Origin: a virus
Virus record (IMG/VR): IMGVR_UViG_3300048910_000050
Location: 1 to 45,256 of that record
Strand: one strand, 5' to 3'
DNA length: 45,256 bases
Positions 23,730 to 32,512 of this stretch are shown here, one piece after another. The first letter of the stretch is position 1, and each line of letters opens with the position of its first letter. The notes below the pieces were generated by a model. It was not told the DNA's origin. It saw nothing but the letters and a program-made list of their open reading frames with translations, and did no database searches. The position numbers were made by a program, and so were the translations under genes.

Positions 23730-24584
23730 TCAGGAGCTGAAGCCGTTGAAATTCATGAGGTCACGAAGACCGCCATAGCTTTCGCCAGAAAACAACTTGC
23801 TTGTGCCGCCGCCAGACAGTTGACTCAACAGGTTCTGATTCTGGTAAAGGTTCAACCCTTGGCTAATCCCATTGTTGATGGCATTCGCTCCGCCGACATA
23901 ACCGGATGCACGCGCATTGCCGGCGCCGATCATGTTCTGCCCGATGTTGTTCGATGCGTTCATACCTGCGTTCGCAATCGTTCCGTAAGCGCTTTGACCG
24001 GCCTGTCCAACCTGATTTGTCGCGGTCTGGCCGAGGCCTGCAATCGATGCCAACCGGTTGAACTGGTTCGACTGGTCCGTGTTGTATCGGTTGTATGCGT
24101 TGCCGTACTCGTCCGATGCGGTGTTCTGGTTGAAGCGTGCCAGCGCCTTCAGGGTCGCGCCCGAATACAGGCCGCCGCGCGCTGATGCAGCACGCTGAAT
24201 GCCCTGCGTACCCTGGCTTAGGCGGAATTGGTAGCCGGGGTCAGCCTGAAAATCGGCCAGGCCGAATGGCTTGATCAGGGTTCCGCCGACGCCAGTACCC
24301 GAAGCCAGTTGAGCCAGCGCGCCTTTGCCAGCAGAAAGCCACGGCGCCTGATCTTCGCGCTGCTTATTCAAAAGGCCTAGTTGGTCAGCGCGTGTCAAGT
24401 CATATTCGCGCCGCTGTTCCTCTGTAGCATTGTTGGATGCTTGAACTTGCGCGTCTGCCGCCTTACCAGCAGCCCTGTTACTGTCTACGCCACTCCCAAT
24501 GCTTGCGCCGATTGCAGCGCCAGCAGGCCCGCCAATCATAAAGCCCGCAGTGCCCCCAATAATCGTTCCGAGTGATCCACTCAT
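23730..24584 (-). CDS. Internal virion protein with Gly-zipper membrane segment (284 aa)
   Basis: MSGSLGTIIGGTAGFMIGGPAGAAIGASIGSG, then a Gln/Asn/Gly-rich body. Confidence 0.7.
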   Translation of the reverse strand: MSGSLGTIIGGTAGFMIGGPAGAAIGASIGSGVDSNRAAGKAADAQVQASNNATEEQRREYDLTRADQLGLLNKQREDQAPWLSAGKGALAQLASGTGVGGTLIKPFGLADFQADPGYQFRLSQGTQGIQRAASARGGLYSGATLKALARFNQNTASDEYGNAYNRYNTDQSNQFNRLASIAGLGQTATNQVGQAGQSAYGTIANAGMNASNNIGQNMIGAGNARASGYVGGANAINNGISQGLNLYQNQNLLSQLSGGGTSKLFSGESYGGLRDLMNFNGFSS

Positions 24585-24988
24585 CGCAATATTCCGTAAA
24601 GTTGTTCATCGACGATCGAGCCATCCTGTAGCTCAATCGATGCTTTCCGAGTTCCCTCGAACTGCCAACCAAGGCGCCGCGCAAGCGCCCATACGCCGCG
24701 AACGTGCGTTCTCATCTCCAGCTTCGCGTAGCCGGTAGTGCCCCATACGCGCTCTTGAATCTCGCGCGAGTTTTTGACGATGAAGCGTGATCGACTGAAC
24801 AGGTGAACATCAGCTACACGGCTGGTGCAGTGCCGTACAAACCAGCATGTCTGGCCGTCGAGCGACCAGAAGAATTGGGCTACACCGGCTGCGACTTGTG
24901 CATCGAGGTTTGCTACGATCTCGTGCGGCGTCATCCAAGGCGCCTGCACTACCCATGGATCGGCCACATCGAGCAAATCCAACTTCAT
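24581..24988 (-). CDS. Small protein with a GNAT-like C-terminal pattern (135 aa)
   Basis: GYAKLEMRTHVRGVWALARRLGWQFEGTRKASIELQDGSIVDEQLYGI resembles the GNAT beta4-alpha3...beta6 region. The assignment is tentative. Confidence 0.55.
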   Translation of the reverse strand: MKLDLLDVADPWVVQAPWMTPHEIVANLDAQVAAGVAQFFWSLDGQTCWFVRHCTSRVADVHLFSRSRFIVKNSREIQERVWGTTGYAKLEMRTHVRGVWALARRLGWQFEGTRKASIELQDGSIVDEQLYGILR

Positions 24989-25920
24989 CGCATATCCGGT
25001 TGAAAGAACGTCGACACGTCTTCTTTGTCGTAGCCCATGGCCTTGTCCAGTGCATCCTGAGCGCGGCGCTCAAGGTCTTGACGCTCAGGCAGCGACAGGC
25101 CAGCCGACGGCGCCATGCGATGCGCCAGCCCAAGAATCAGCGCCTCGCCCCACTCGATCGCGAAGTCGGGAGTGTTCTCGCCAATGTTGAAGTCTTCGAG
25201 CAGGCGTTCATACCAGAAGCACAGGACATCGGCAGCGCTGTCCGGAGTAGGCCAGACAGACAGTTGCCCGGCGCCGAGTTGCGGATCGTAGAAAGCCTGA
25301 ACGATTTTGCCGCTCGTGCTCTTGCTGGCCAGTTGGGCATACTCGGTGCGCGAGATCATCGCCACCGGCGTGTCCTGCAATGCGGTCGATCGCCAATACG
25401 CGCTGTCCGGATCGATGCGCTGTGGCCGGCTGATCCCGGTCGTGTACGTGAAAACCTGCGCACCTTCCGATGCCGCGCCAGTCAGGGCAACGGCAAGCGT
25501 CGTCGTCGCACCCGGCGTGCCGCTGATCGTGGTCCAGTACAGCGTGCCGTCGTCCAGCAGGATGCCGATGTGGTCGTTTGCAGCCATGCCGGCGAAGCTG
25601 GTCAGGGACACGGTACTTGCGCTCGCCGCGGCATCAGCAGCCAGCGTCGTGCTTACGTAACTTGTCGTGCAGTGCGCGCTGCCACCGAGGGCATATTGCG
25701 CCTGCCCTGGCACCAGAAACAGCGTCGCCAGCTCCATGGCCCACAGCTTGGCGCCGCCGGCCATCAGCGACTTCACCCACGAGTTCAAACGAAGGTTGTA
25801 CTGTGCCAGCGTGGTGTCGTCCATGGTATCGCCCAGGGCGACGTCACCCACTTCCAATGCGGCCGAATTGATGATGTCGTCGCGCGACAGGGAAAATGTG
25901 TTTGTTCCGCTCGTGGTCAT
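24985..25920 (-). CDS. Virion structural protein, possible head-tail adaptor (311 aa)
   Basis: The call rests on position upstream of the ejection block and on the N-terminal LSRDDIINSAALEVGDVALGD...LNSWVKSL pattern, which is common in podovirus structural proteins. Confidence 0.6.
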   Translation of the reverse strand: MTTSGTNTFSLSRDDIINSAALEVGDVALGDTMDDTTLAQYNLRLNSWVKSLMAGGAKLWAMELATLFLVPGQAQYALGGSAHCTTSYVSTTLAADAAASASTVSLTSFAGMAANDHIGILLDDGTLYWTTISGTPGATTTLAVALTGAASEGAQVFTYTTGISRPQRIDPDSAYWRSTALQDTPVAMISRTEYAQLASKSTSGKIVQAFYDPQLGAGQLSVWPTPDSAADVLCFWYERLLEDFNIGENTPDFAIEWGEALILGLAHRMAPSAGLSLPERQDLERRAQDALDKAMGYDKEDVSTFFQPDMR

Positions 25921-26159
25921 AGCTGATCAGGGGTTATCTCGTTGGCCTCGACGAACCATGGTTCTGCACCCGGCCGTGCGTCCTTGACATGGTTGCGCTC
26001 AGGGCGAGCCTTCACGAAGTCTTGCGGGTGTCGCGGTTCCCAATCGGCCCGGCAGACCATGGCGCCATCCCAGCGCTTGCGCAGTTGCGACAGCTTGTGC
26101 TTGAAGCCACATACATCGCATATGGCATTAGCATCGCCCAGGATGAAATCGTCGTTCAT
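25917..26159 (-). CDS. Conserved small Cys-containing phage protein (80 aa)
   Basis: CDVCGFKHKLSQLRKRWDGAMVCRADWEPRHPQDF; ATGA-coupled. Confidence 0.65.
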   Translation of the reverse strand: MNDDFILGDANAICDVCGFKHKLSQLRKRWDGAMVCRADWEPRHPQDFVKARPERNHVKDARPGAEPWFVEANEITPDQL

Positions 26160-26641
26160 CGCATCCTCCGCGCCCTGATGGTCCCGTAGGCCGTCGTCGT
26201 GCCAGCCGAGAACGACGCCTGTGCAACCAGATAGACCGTGGTGGTGGCAGAGAGTGAAACGCGCACTGGCCCCACTGGCAAATTCATCGTTCCGGTAATC
26301 GTCGTGGTCTGCAGAAGGGACGAGCGCAACGGGTCCGTGCCCAAGCCACTGCCGCCCGCCTGCGATGGCAAAGTGGCAGACGTCAGAGAGATGCCCATTT
26401 GCTGCAAGGTGCTGGTGGCGCCGGTCAGGACGTAATCGACTTGACCGCTCACGTCCCAGTCGCCCGCCGTAAGGCTAATGCTGGTCACGTTCGCAGTTGT
26501 GTCGGTGGTGAGCGAAACGGCGCTACCACTGGCTACGGTGGCGGTAATGACCTGGCCAACGTTGCCGGTGGCTGCATTGTCGTTGGTCGTGGTGCCGACA
26601 ACAGCACGTGCTGATCCATCGCCGATAGATAGCTTAGCCAT
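26156..26641 (-). CDS. Beta-rich Thr/Ser/Gly structural protein (161 aa)
   Basis: Complete coupled ORF in the structural module. Confidence 0.65.
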   Translation of the reverse strand: MAKLSIGDGSARAVVGTTTNDNAATGNVGQVITATVASGSAVSLTTDTTANVTSISLTAGDWDVSGQVDYVLTGATSTLQQMGISLTSATLPSQAGGSGLGTDPLRSSLLQTTTITGTMNLPVGPVRVSLSATTTVYLVAQASFSAGTTTAYGTIRARRMR

Positions 26642-26644
26642 GGG

Positions 26645-26968
26645 TCACCTGTATTGGACGTCAAACCAGCAATCAGCGCTGCCGATGGTTTTTGTGTTGG
26701 CGGTCGAGGAATTGCAGATCACGATGCCGCGCTTGAACTGCCGCCCGAGAGTGCCGTAATCGAGGCTGAACGGCGTGGTAGCAGCAACCGCAATGATGAT
26801 CGCCGGGACCGCGCCCTCGGCAGGAAGCAACGGCGCATCGAAGATCAGGATGAACTGCGCCGAAGCCTTCGAGTTGTAGCCGGTCAGCCCATACAGAGTG
26901 CCGGAAGTTGGCTTGACAATGCGGCTCGCCTCGTAAGCGATGGACGTGGAGTTGAGTGACGGTTCCAT
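26645..26968 (-). CDS. Hypothetical structural protein (107 aa)
   Basis: ATG 26968 immediately follows the upstream stop at 26970. Confidence 0.6.
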   Translation of the reverse strand: MEPSLNSTSIAYEASRIVKPTSGTLYGLTGYNSKASAQFILIFDAPLLPAEGAVPAIIIAVAATTPFSLDYGTLGRQFKRGIVICNSSTANTKTIGSADCWFDVQYR

Positions 26969-26969
26969 G

Positions 26970-27371
26970 TCAGTCCTTCCGTACTTTGATGATGATCGAA
27001 CCGCTGCCCGACACAAGCCCGCTGGTCGTCAGCATGATCTTGCCGGTGCCGTCCACCGGGGACCGGTCCTTGATGCCGCCAAAACTGTCGAAGCAGAGTT
27101 CCGCTGGATTGTCCTGAGCAAGCGCCCAGATCCCCGTTTCATCATTCAGGTAGTCGAATTCGAGGCGCGCACTGAACCCGGCCAGGCTGTACCAGAGTGC
27201 GGTGATCGTGAGCGATGGCCGCTTGCCAAGCTTCGGGGACAGGTCGGCATTCGGATCGATCAAAGTCAGCTTGGACAAATCCGGACTGGCGCCATCACCT
27301 TTGATGAAGACGTGGAAAACCGCCGATCGATCGCCGTCGTGCAGTTTGGTGATATCTGCTGTGTGTGCCAT
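26970..27371 (-). CDS. Hypothetical structural protein (133 aa)
   Basis: Complete ORF in the structural module. Confidence 0.65.
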   Translation of the reverse strand: MAHTADITKLHDGDRSAVFHVFIKGDGASPDLSKLTLIDPNADLSPKLGKRPSLTITALWYSLAGFSARLEFDYLNDETGIWALAQDNPAELCFDSFGGIKDRSPVDGTGKIMLTTSGLVSGSGSIIIKVRKD

Positions 27372-27410
27372 GGAGAAGTCTCCGAAACGAGGGCCGAAGC
27401 CCTCTTTGGT

Positions 27411-27938
27411 TTAGATCGGGACTTCCACCCAGGTCATTTCGGCGATGCCGACCGCAGCCGTAGTCAGGTACGACAGCGACAGGTTCGTGCCTGGCGGCAG
27501 GATGATGTCGCCCTTGGTCTCGTCGACATACATGCCGGGGGTGATCGAGGATGCTGCAACGACGCTGCCAATCGGGCGCAGCCAGACAGGCGCAGCGCCG
27601 AGCGTGGCGGCTGCATCAGCCTTGCCGACGCCGACATTGAGGTTGCTGCCGGTGGCGATCGCGTTGTGGATGACTGCTGGGGTGGTATGCGTAACCTCGG
27701 TCGTCTGCACGGCCGGGCTGATGGCCAGGCCGACAACAGCGGCGCCGGCAGGAGCGGTGGACGGGGCGAATCGAACCTTTTCCACCACCAGATTCTTGCC
27801 CGAGCCGATGGGGTTGGACAGGACCAGGCCGGTGCAGGTTGCGCTTACGGTCGACAGGGTGACGGCGCCCGTAGTGCAGGCGTGGTACATGTTCCCGAGG
27901 CGCGCTTGCTCCAGGAACCAATCGGAAGAGTAGGCCAT
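27411..27938 (-). CDS. Beta-rich hypothetical structural protein (175 aa)
   Basis: Complete ORF in the structural module. Confidence 0.65.
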   Translation of the reverse strand: MAYSSDWFLEQARLGNMYHACTTGAVTLSTVSATCTGLVLSNPIGSGKNLVVEKVRFAPSTAPAGAAVVGLAISPAVQTTEVTHTTPAVIHNAIATGSNLNVGVGKADAAATLGAAPVWLRPIGSVVAASSITPGMYVDETKGDIILPPGTNLSLSYLTTAAVGIAEMTWVEVPI

Positions 27939-27952
27939 GATATTTCCTTTCG

Positions 27953-28927
27953 TTAGACGGCAGCGGGATTGATCAGGCCCGACTTGTCAGCCACGGCAGT
28001 GATCATCGAGTAGTTGTTCTGGAAGCCCAGCTTCGTGCCCGTGGGGGCCAGCAGGCCGGCCGAGTTATCCAGATGCCACGAGTAGTTGTCGTACACGTAG
28101 CCCGTCGAGCCGGTGGAGCCGCCGCTGAACAGGGAGCCGCCAGTCGTGCTGGTCGATGGGCGGAACACCTTGTTGCGGCCCATGTTGAGGTTCGTGTGGT
28201 TGTTGGCGCCGAAATCGACCAGAGTCGCGGTGTCGTTCAGGATTGGGTACACGACGAAGTTGTCCATGTAGGACTGGCGGTCGTTCGCTGCGGCCATGAT
28301 GCATGCCTGGGTGGCGGCAGTCGTGGCAAGGCCGAAGACCTTGTTGTTCGAGAACGTGAAGCCGTCCATCGAGTTCGCCGTGGCGTTGCCGGTGACGCAC
28401 TTGATGAAGTTCTTGTTGGACGCCACGTCGCGGAATTCGCACGAATCGACCGTGAAGTCGGTCGGCGTTGCTGTGCCGGTGGCCGTGTATGCGGACACGC
28501 AGTCCGCCACGTTGGCCAGGTGCAGGATGTTGTAGACCGTGACGTTCGCCGCCGTGACCGGGATATTGGCCGTGGCGTTCGTGCTGAACGTCAGGGTAGG
28601 GCGCATCGAGCCGACACCCATGCCGACGATAGCGACGCCGGCCACGTTCAACGCCAGATTGGTCGTCGTGGTGATGGTTTCCGCATGGCCGGGCTTGACG
28701 AAGATGATGTCGCCGCGGTTGGCCACGCACTGGCTGACAGCGTATGCGATGGTCGAAAACGGGCTGTCATACGTGCCCTTGTTACCATCGGAGCCGCCGC
28801 GCTGGCCCTTTTGCAGGGCCGTGCCGTTGTAGACCCAGAAGACTTGGCCCGGGTTGGTGGTGACGAGCGGTACGTTACGGATGGTGATGCCACTGGCAAA
28901 ACCGCCCGGGAAGTTCGAGTAAGGCAT
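27953..28927 (-). CDS. Right-handed beta-helix (pectin-lyase-fold-like) protein directly downstream of the capsid gene (324 aa)
   Basis: ATG 28927 follows GGAGAA. DSPFSTIAYAVSQCVANRGDIIFVKPGHAE, then repetitive N/T/G/V-rich turns. Confidence 0.7.
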   Translation of the reverse strand: MPYSNFPGGFASGITIRNVPLVTTNPGQVFWVYNGTALQKGQRGGSDGNKGTYDSPFSTIAYAVSQCVANRGDIIFVKPGHAETITTTTNLALNVAGVAIVGMGVGSMRPTLTFSTNATANIPVTAANVTVYNILHLANVADCVSAYTATGTATPTDFTVDSCEFRDVASNKNFIKCVTGNATANSMDGFTFSNNKVFGLATTAATQACIMAAANDRQSYMDNFVVYPILNDTATLVDFGANNHTNLNMGRNKVFRPSTSTTGGSLFSGGSTGSTGYVYDNYSWHLDNSAGLLAPTGTKLGFQNNYSMITAVADKSGLINPAAV

Positions 28928-28935
28928 GTTGTTCT

Positions 28936-28964
28936 CCAAAAAGGAAAGGACGGCCGAAGCCGCC
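28936..28964 (-). terminator. Hairpin plus T-rich tract after the major capsid gene (partial terminator or stabiliser)
   Basis: Minus-strand reading is ggcggc-ttcg-gccgtc followed by ctttcctttttgg. Confidence 0.55.
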
Positions 28965-29013
28965 CATTTCATTTGCCGGATAAGACACCGGCACTGCTGG
29001 CATTCCGGTTCGC

Positions 29014-29925
29014 TTACGCGCCCTGGCTGCCCCACCATTCGCGGAAGTCGCCGATCTGCACCGAATAACGCTCAGTTGCAGCCGCGAGCGCGTTTTGGGT
29101 GTTGAAGTCGTTGTCCTTGGCGAATTCGAGTTCACGACGCTGGAACAGCGTCAGGCCGTCTTCCACATCGGTGCGGATGAAGAACGCGTCCGGATCGGTA
29201 AAGAAGTGGTTGACCTTGAAGCCTTCCGGGAACGTGCCCATCGCCCGCAATGCGTTGATCGCGTTGTTGGCGGTGTCGTTCTGGTTGATCGACTTCAGGA
29301 TGCGGGCCGCTTCGAACTCCAGTTGACGCGGGATGTGCAGCGAACGCACCTGCATGGCGATCTTGTTGCCCCGGTCGTCGGTCGCGCCGTTGGCCTGGAT
29401 GACCAGATCTTCCAGCGAGGCTTCCGACAGGTCGGCAGCGGTCGCCAAGGTGTTGCTCTGGTTACCCGAGGACGACGTATGAGACGTCGAGAACAGCGGC
29501 TTGGAGTCCGGGCCAACGTTGTAGTTCGAGTCGAAACCACGGTTGAACCAGTTCGCGACGACTGTGTTTTTCGTCTCGACCATCGCACGCTTCAGAGCCT
29601 TGGAGCGCTGCATTGCCAGCTTCTCGTAGAGGTTGTCCTCGATGGCCTCGCGCGTGATGATGTAGCCCAGGGCGTACACCACGTGCAGGGCCGTGGCGGT
29701 GCCGCCCTGACTCGTGGAGTCGTAGGGAATCGAGCCGCCTTGCTCCTTGATGGCAGCCAAGCCGAAGCCGTTGTTCTGCACCATCTCTTCGCGATGCTTG
29801 TCGGAGGTCTGGACGGTGACCAGATCGCGCCATTCGTCGCGGTTGTTGTAGGACATGCCGAACATGCTGAACACGCCCGGCCAGAGCGCTTTGGGATGGG
29901 CGCCAGTAGTGATAGTTCCAGGCAT
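29014..29925 (-). CDS. Major capsid protein
   Basis: 303 aa. It follows the scaffold and decoration-like genes and is followed by a terminator-like hairpin. The sequence pattern is typical of podovirus HK97-fold coat proteins. Confidence 0.8.
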   Translation of the reverse strand: MPGTITTGAHPKALWPGVFSMFGMSYNNRDEWRDLVTVQTSDKHREEMVQNNGFGLAAIKEQGGSIPYDSTSQGGTATALHVVYALGYIITREAIEDNLYEKLAMQRSKALKRAMVETKNTVVANWFNRGFDSNYNVGPDSKPLFSTSHTSSSGNQSNTLATAADLSEASLEDLVIQANGATDDRGNKIAMQVRSLHIPRQLEFEAARILKSINQNDTANNAINALRAMGTFPEGFKVNHFFTDPDAFFIRTDVEDGLTLFQRRELEFAKDNDFNTQNALAAATERYSVQIGDFREWWGSQGA

Positions 29926-29928
29926 GAT

Positions 29929-30507
29929 TTAGACCCCCGCTACTTGGTTGCTGAATTGGTGACGGTTGATCGTCACCAGCCATTTGCACGAATAGCCGAT
30001 CGCGTTGTCTTCGCGCGGGACGGGCTGCACCAGGTGCAGGTCCAGCGTGTTCGTTGTGGCTTCCGTTGCGTTGTTGACTTGCGTGCCGGACAGGGCGGTA
30101 ACCGTGCTGCCGGAAGCCACAACGAAATCGATGTTCAGGCCGATGTCGTTGGCGGTCAGGGCGGTGCCGCTGGAGCCCTCCTGAATCTCGAACAACAGAT
30201 CCGGGTCGTCCGCGACGTAGATTTCGCGCAGGGTGGATGCCGCGCAGTAGCGCAGGCTGTCTTGCGTGTCCGGCTTGACGCCAACGACCACGCCGACGAT
30301 CACATCGCCGGTTGCGGCACGAATCACGTCTTGCAAGATGCGGCCGTTGACGGTTTCGCCGGTGCCGGCCAGCTTCACAAAGTCGCCAATCATCAGCGCG
30401 GTGCCATCGCTTGCGGGGTGGGCGTACACGCGGAAGGCGCCGTTGTACGGGGCGCCGTTCCGGTGCATGACAGGCCGTGCGCCTGCCGGGGTATCAGCAT
30501 TTGCCAT
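29929..30507 (-). CDS. Beta-rich head protein, possible decoration/cement protein (192 aa)
   Basis: ATG 30507 follows GGAG. Assigned from its position immediately upstream of the capsid gene. Confidence 0.55.
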   Translation of the reverse strand: MANADTPAGARPVMHRNGAPYNGAFRVYAHPASDGTALMIGDFVKLAGTGETVNGRILQDVIRAATGDVIVGVVVGVKPDTQDSLRYCAASTLREIYVADDPDLLFEIQEGSSGTALTANDIGLNIDFVVASGSTVTALSGTQVNNATEATTNTLDLHLVQPVPREDNAIGYSCKWLVTINRHQFSNQVAGV

Positions 30508-30516
30508 TGGATGCTC

Positions 30517-30548
30517 CAAAAAAGGCAAGGGCCGCTCAATGGCGGCCC
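30517..30548 (-). terminator. Hairpin with interrupted T tract between head genes
   Basis: Minus-strand reading is gggccgc-cattga-gcggccc followed by ttgcctttttt. Confidence 0.4.
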
Positions 30549-30585
30549 GAATGATGGGGAATCGGCGCGAACGCCGGATGTTTGG

Positions 30586-31038
30586 TTATCGAGCGCGTGT
30601 CTCGATTTGGATGCCGCGGCCCTGATCCGGGACATAGGCGCCCTCGACTTCTTCGAGCTTGCCCTTCTTGATGCGGCGGTCGGTTTCTTCGACCTTGGCG
30701 ACTTTCGCCCTCTGATCTTCCTGATAGAACTCTTCCTTGATTTCCATGAGATACGCGCGCTGCCCGGTCGTTTTGTCAACCACGCGGGAGACGCGTGCGC
30801 CCAGGTCGCGGTTTTCGTTATCGATGTCCGCGTCGCCGATCTGCTTGACGGTATCGTTCTGCACGAACGTGTACCCGCCGTCTTGGGCGTTCTGCAATCG
30901 GCCGTCGTAGTCGTTGATCCAGCGGCGGACGTAGCCTTGACGGCCGGCGACGGTCAGCTTGGAACGTGCCACGCCCAGCGGGACGCGGGTGCTTCTGCCT
31001 GATTCTTCACGGGAGGTTTCGCGGGGTGCACGGCTCAT
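30586..31038 (-). CDS. Hypothetical head-module protein (150 aa)
   Basis: ATG 31038 lies 2 nt after the scaffold stop. The N-terminal extension in the track overlaps the scaffold gene. Confidence 0.65.
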   Translation of the reverse strand: MSRAPRETSREESGRSTRVPLGVARSKLTVAGRQGYVRRWINDYDGRLQNAQDGGYTFVQNDTVKQIGDADIDNENRDLGARVSRVVDKTTGQRAYLMEIKEEFYQEDQRAKVAKVEETDRRIKKGKLEEVEGAYVPDQGRGIQIETRAR

Positions 31039-31040
31039 AG

Positions 31041-31931
31041 TTATGCCTCGTCGAAGTACTGTTTTACGTAATCGGCCTTGAACTTGGCCATCGCTTTTTC
31101 GTCGCCACCAAAGCCATTCTTCGCCATGCGATCGCAGGCGGCGCGGGCCTCGGCCGGCATATCTGCATACGACTTGCCGCCACGGCGCGCTGCCGGCGCT
31201 GCGCCTTCCACAGCTTGGGCCGACTCGCGGCGCGGGTTGGTGAACTTGGCCGGGAACTGCTTTTTCACGCGCTCGGCGACCATGTCGAGGAACTCGGCAC
31301 CGGTAGCTTTCTCGCCCGATGCACGCAGCTTCTGGGCGGCGAACTCGGCATACTCGGACAGTTCGGCGTCCTTCAGCCACGCATTGCGCGATTCCCACTC
31401 GGAGTAGACCGGATCCGGGCCGTCGTCCTTCTTCTCGGCGCGCTTGGCCGCCTTGGCCGCCGCATCGGATTTCAGTTGCTCGATCTGCTCGTCGGCCTTG
31501 TCGAATGCATCGCCGTCGCCGGCCGCAAGAGCCTCCTTGCGCTGTTGTTTCAGGTCAGCGAGGGCGCGATCGTAGGCGCGCTGCTCGGTCTTGGACAGGT
31601 AATCGCCCATTTCGCGCGTGGTCTGCTTCAGTTCGGCCACTTCGCGCTCCAGGCGCTTGTTCTGCGCCTTCACCAGCGGCAGCAGGTTTTCGCCGCGCTC
31701 GACGAATTCGCCAGCATCACGCCATTTGGCCGGGTCGCCGCGGAACTCGTCTTTCGGCGTCCAGCCCATGGCACGCGCACGCGCCTCGATCTGCTGTTGC
31801 GCGTCGTCGGCGCCATTGTCGCCAGTGTCGACGTTCGTGTTCTCGGCGTCAGCCACTGCGGCACCGCCCGATTCCGCGCCTTCGCCATCAGCCGGCGCAC
31901 GCAATACGTAAAACTTCCTGAGAGTGAGCAT
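31041..31931 (-). CDS. Scaffolding protein candidate (296 aa)
   Basis: Highly charged, Ala/Glu/Lys-rich helical sequence between the portal block and the capsid gene. Confidence 0.6.
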   Translation of the reverse strand: MLTLRKFYVLRAPADGEGAESGGAAVADAENTNVDTGDNGADDAQQQIEARARAMGWTPKDEFRGDPAKWRDAGEFVERGENLLPLVKAQNKRLEREVAELKQTTREMGDYLSKTEQRAYDRALADLKQQRKEALAAGDGDAFDKADEQIEQLKSDAAAKAAKRAEKKDDGPDPVYSEWESRNAWLKDAELSEYAEFAAQKLRASGEKATGAEFLDMVAERVKKQFPAKFTNPRRESAQAVEGAAPAARRGGKSYADMPAEARAACDRMAKNGFGGDEKAMAKFKADYVKQYFDEA

Positions 31932-31940
31932 GAATCTTCC

Positions 31941-32294
31941 TTATTCGGTGGTGGAGCGGGGCGTGACGATCGCCGACACATCCTTGTCGTTACAGAGCCG
32001 AAATTCTTGACCGTCGTCGCCCTTGATAACAAATCCTGCGTACTTGGCGAAGTACACGACGTCGCCGATCTGCGGCACCTGACCGGCCCAGTCCTCGAAC
32101 GCATTGCCGCCAACGGCGACCAGACGGCCCTTCACCTGTGCCATCTTTTCGCGCTCGGTCGTCTTGTCGACCAGTACGAGGCCGGCAGCCTTGGCGCGCT
32201 TCAGCGTCTCGTCGGTTTCCTCGGCCTGCTCGGGCAGGATCAGGATCTTGTACTCAACGGGCGAGATGCCGGAGGTGTTGGCGGCCCCGCTCAT
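31941..32294 (-). CDS. GroES/Cpn10-like co-chaperonin
   Basis: YKILILPEQAEE...VKGRLVAVGGNAF...IGDVVYFAKYAGFVIKGDDGQEFRLCNDKDVSAIV parallels the GroES pattern. Confidence 0.7.
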   Translation of the reverse strand: MSGAANTSGISPVEYKILILPEQAEETDETLKRAKAAGLVLVDKTTEREKMAQVKGRLVAVGGNAFEDWAGQVPQIGDVVYFAKYAGFVIKGDDGQEFRLCNDKDVSAIVTPRSTTE

Positions 32295-32512
32295 TGGGAC
32301 GACCCTTTTTTAACAGGCTTGCGATTAGCCACGCCAGCAATTTCGGCCAGCGCATTTGCCGCGTCCGACGCGAACGATTTAGGCGCAGGTTCTGGCTGCT
32401 GCTCGGCCGCGCGGTCACACAACGCGCTGATTTCGCGCAGCGCCGCGTCCATGCGGTCCTTGTTCTGCACGGCCAGCGCATCGTCGGCCAGTTGCTTGAT
32501 CTGTTCGTACAT
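32291..32512 (-). CDS. Hypothetical protein (73 aa)
   Basis: ATG 32512 overlaps the upstream TGA; MYEQIKQLADDALAVQNKDRMDAALREI... Confidence 0.55.
   Translation of the reverse strand: MYEQIKQLADDALAVQNKDRMDAALREISALCDRAAEQQPEPAPKSFASDAANALAEIAGVANRKPVKKGSSQ

Noticed and set aside
28065-28730. 221-aa same-strand alternative-frame ORF inside the beta-helix gene, and similar cases (29462..29989, 16567..16965)
   Set aside because: The composition is Arg/His/Gly/Gln/Pro junk with no motifs. It serves as the negative control showing that length alone does not make 8722..9399 interesting.
29095-31002. Very long antisense ORFs: 29095..31002 (635 aa), 14301..15764, 22271..23740, 31215..32651, 42033..43322, 33169..34173, 28073..29068 and others
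   Set aside because: They lie opposite well-supported genes. They are Arg/Gly/Ala/His/Val-rich with junk-like composition. Such ORFs are the expected stop-codon-poor antisense frames of GC-rich DNA.
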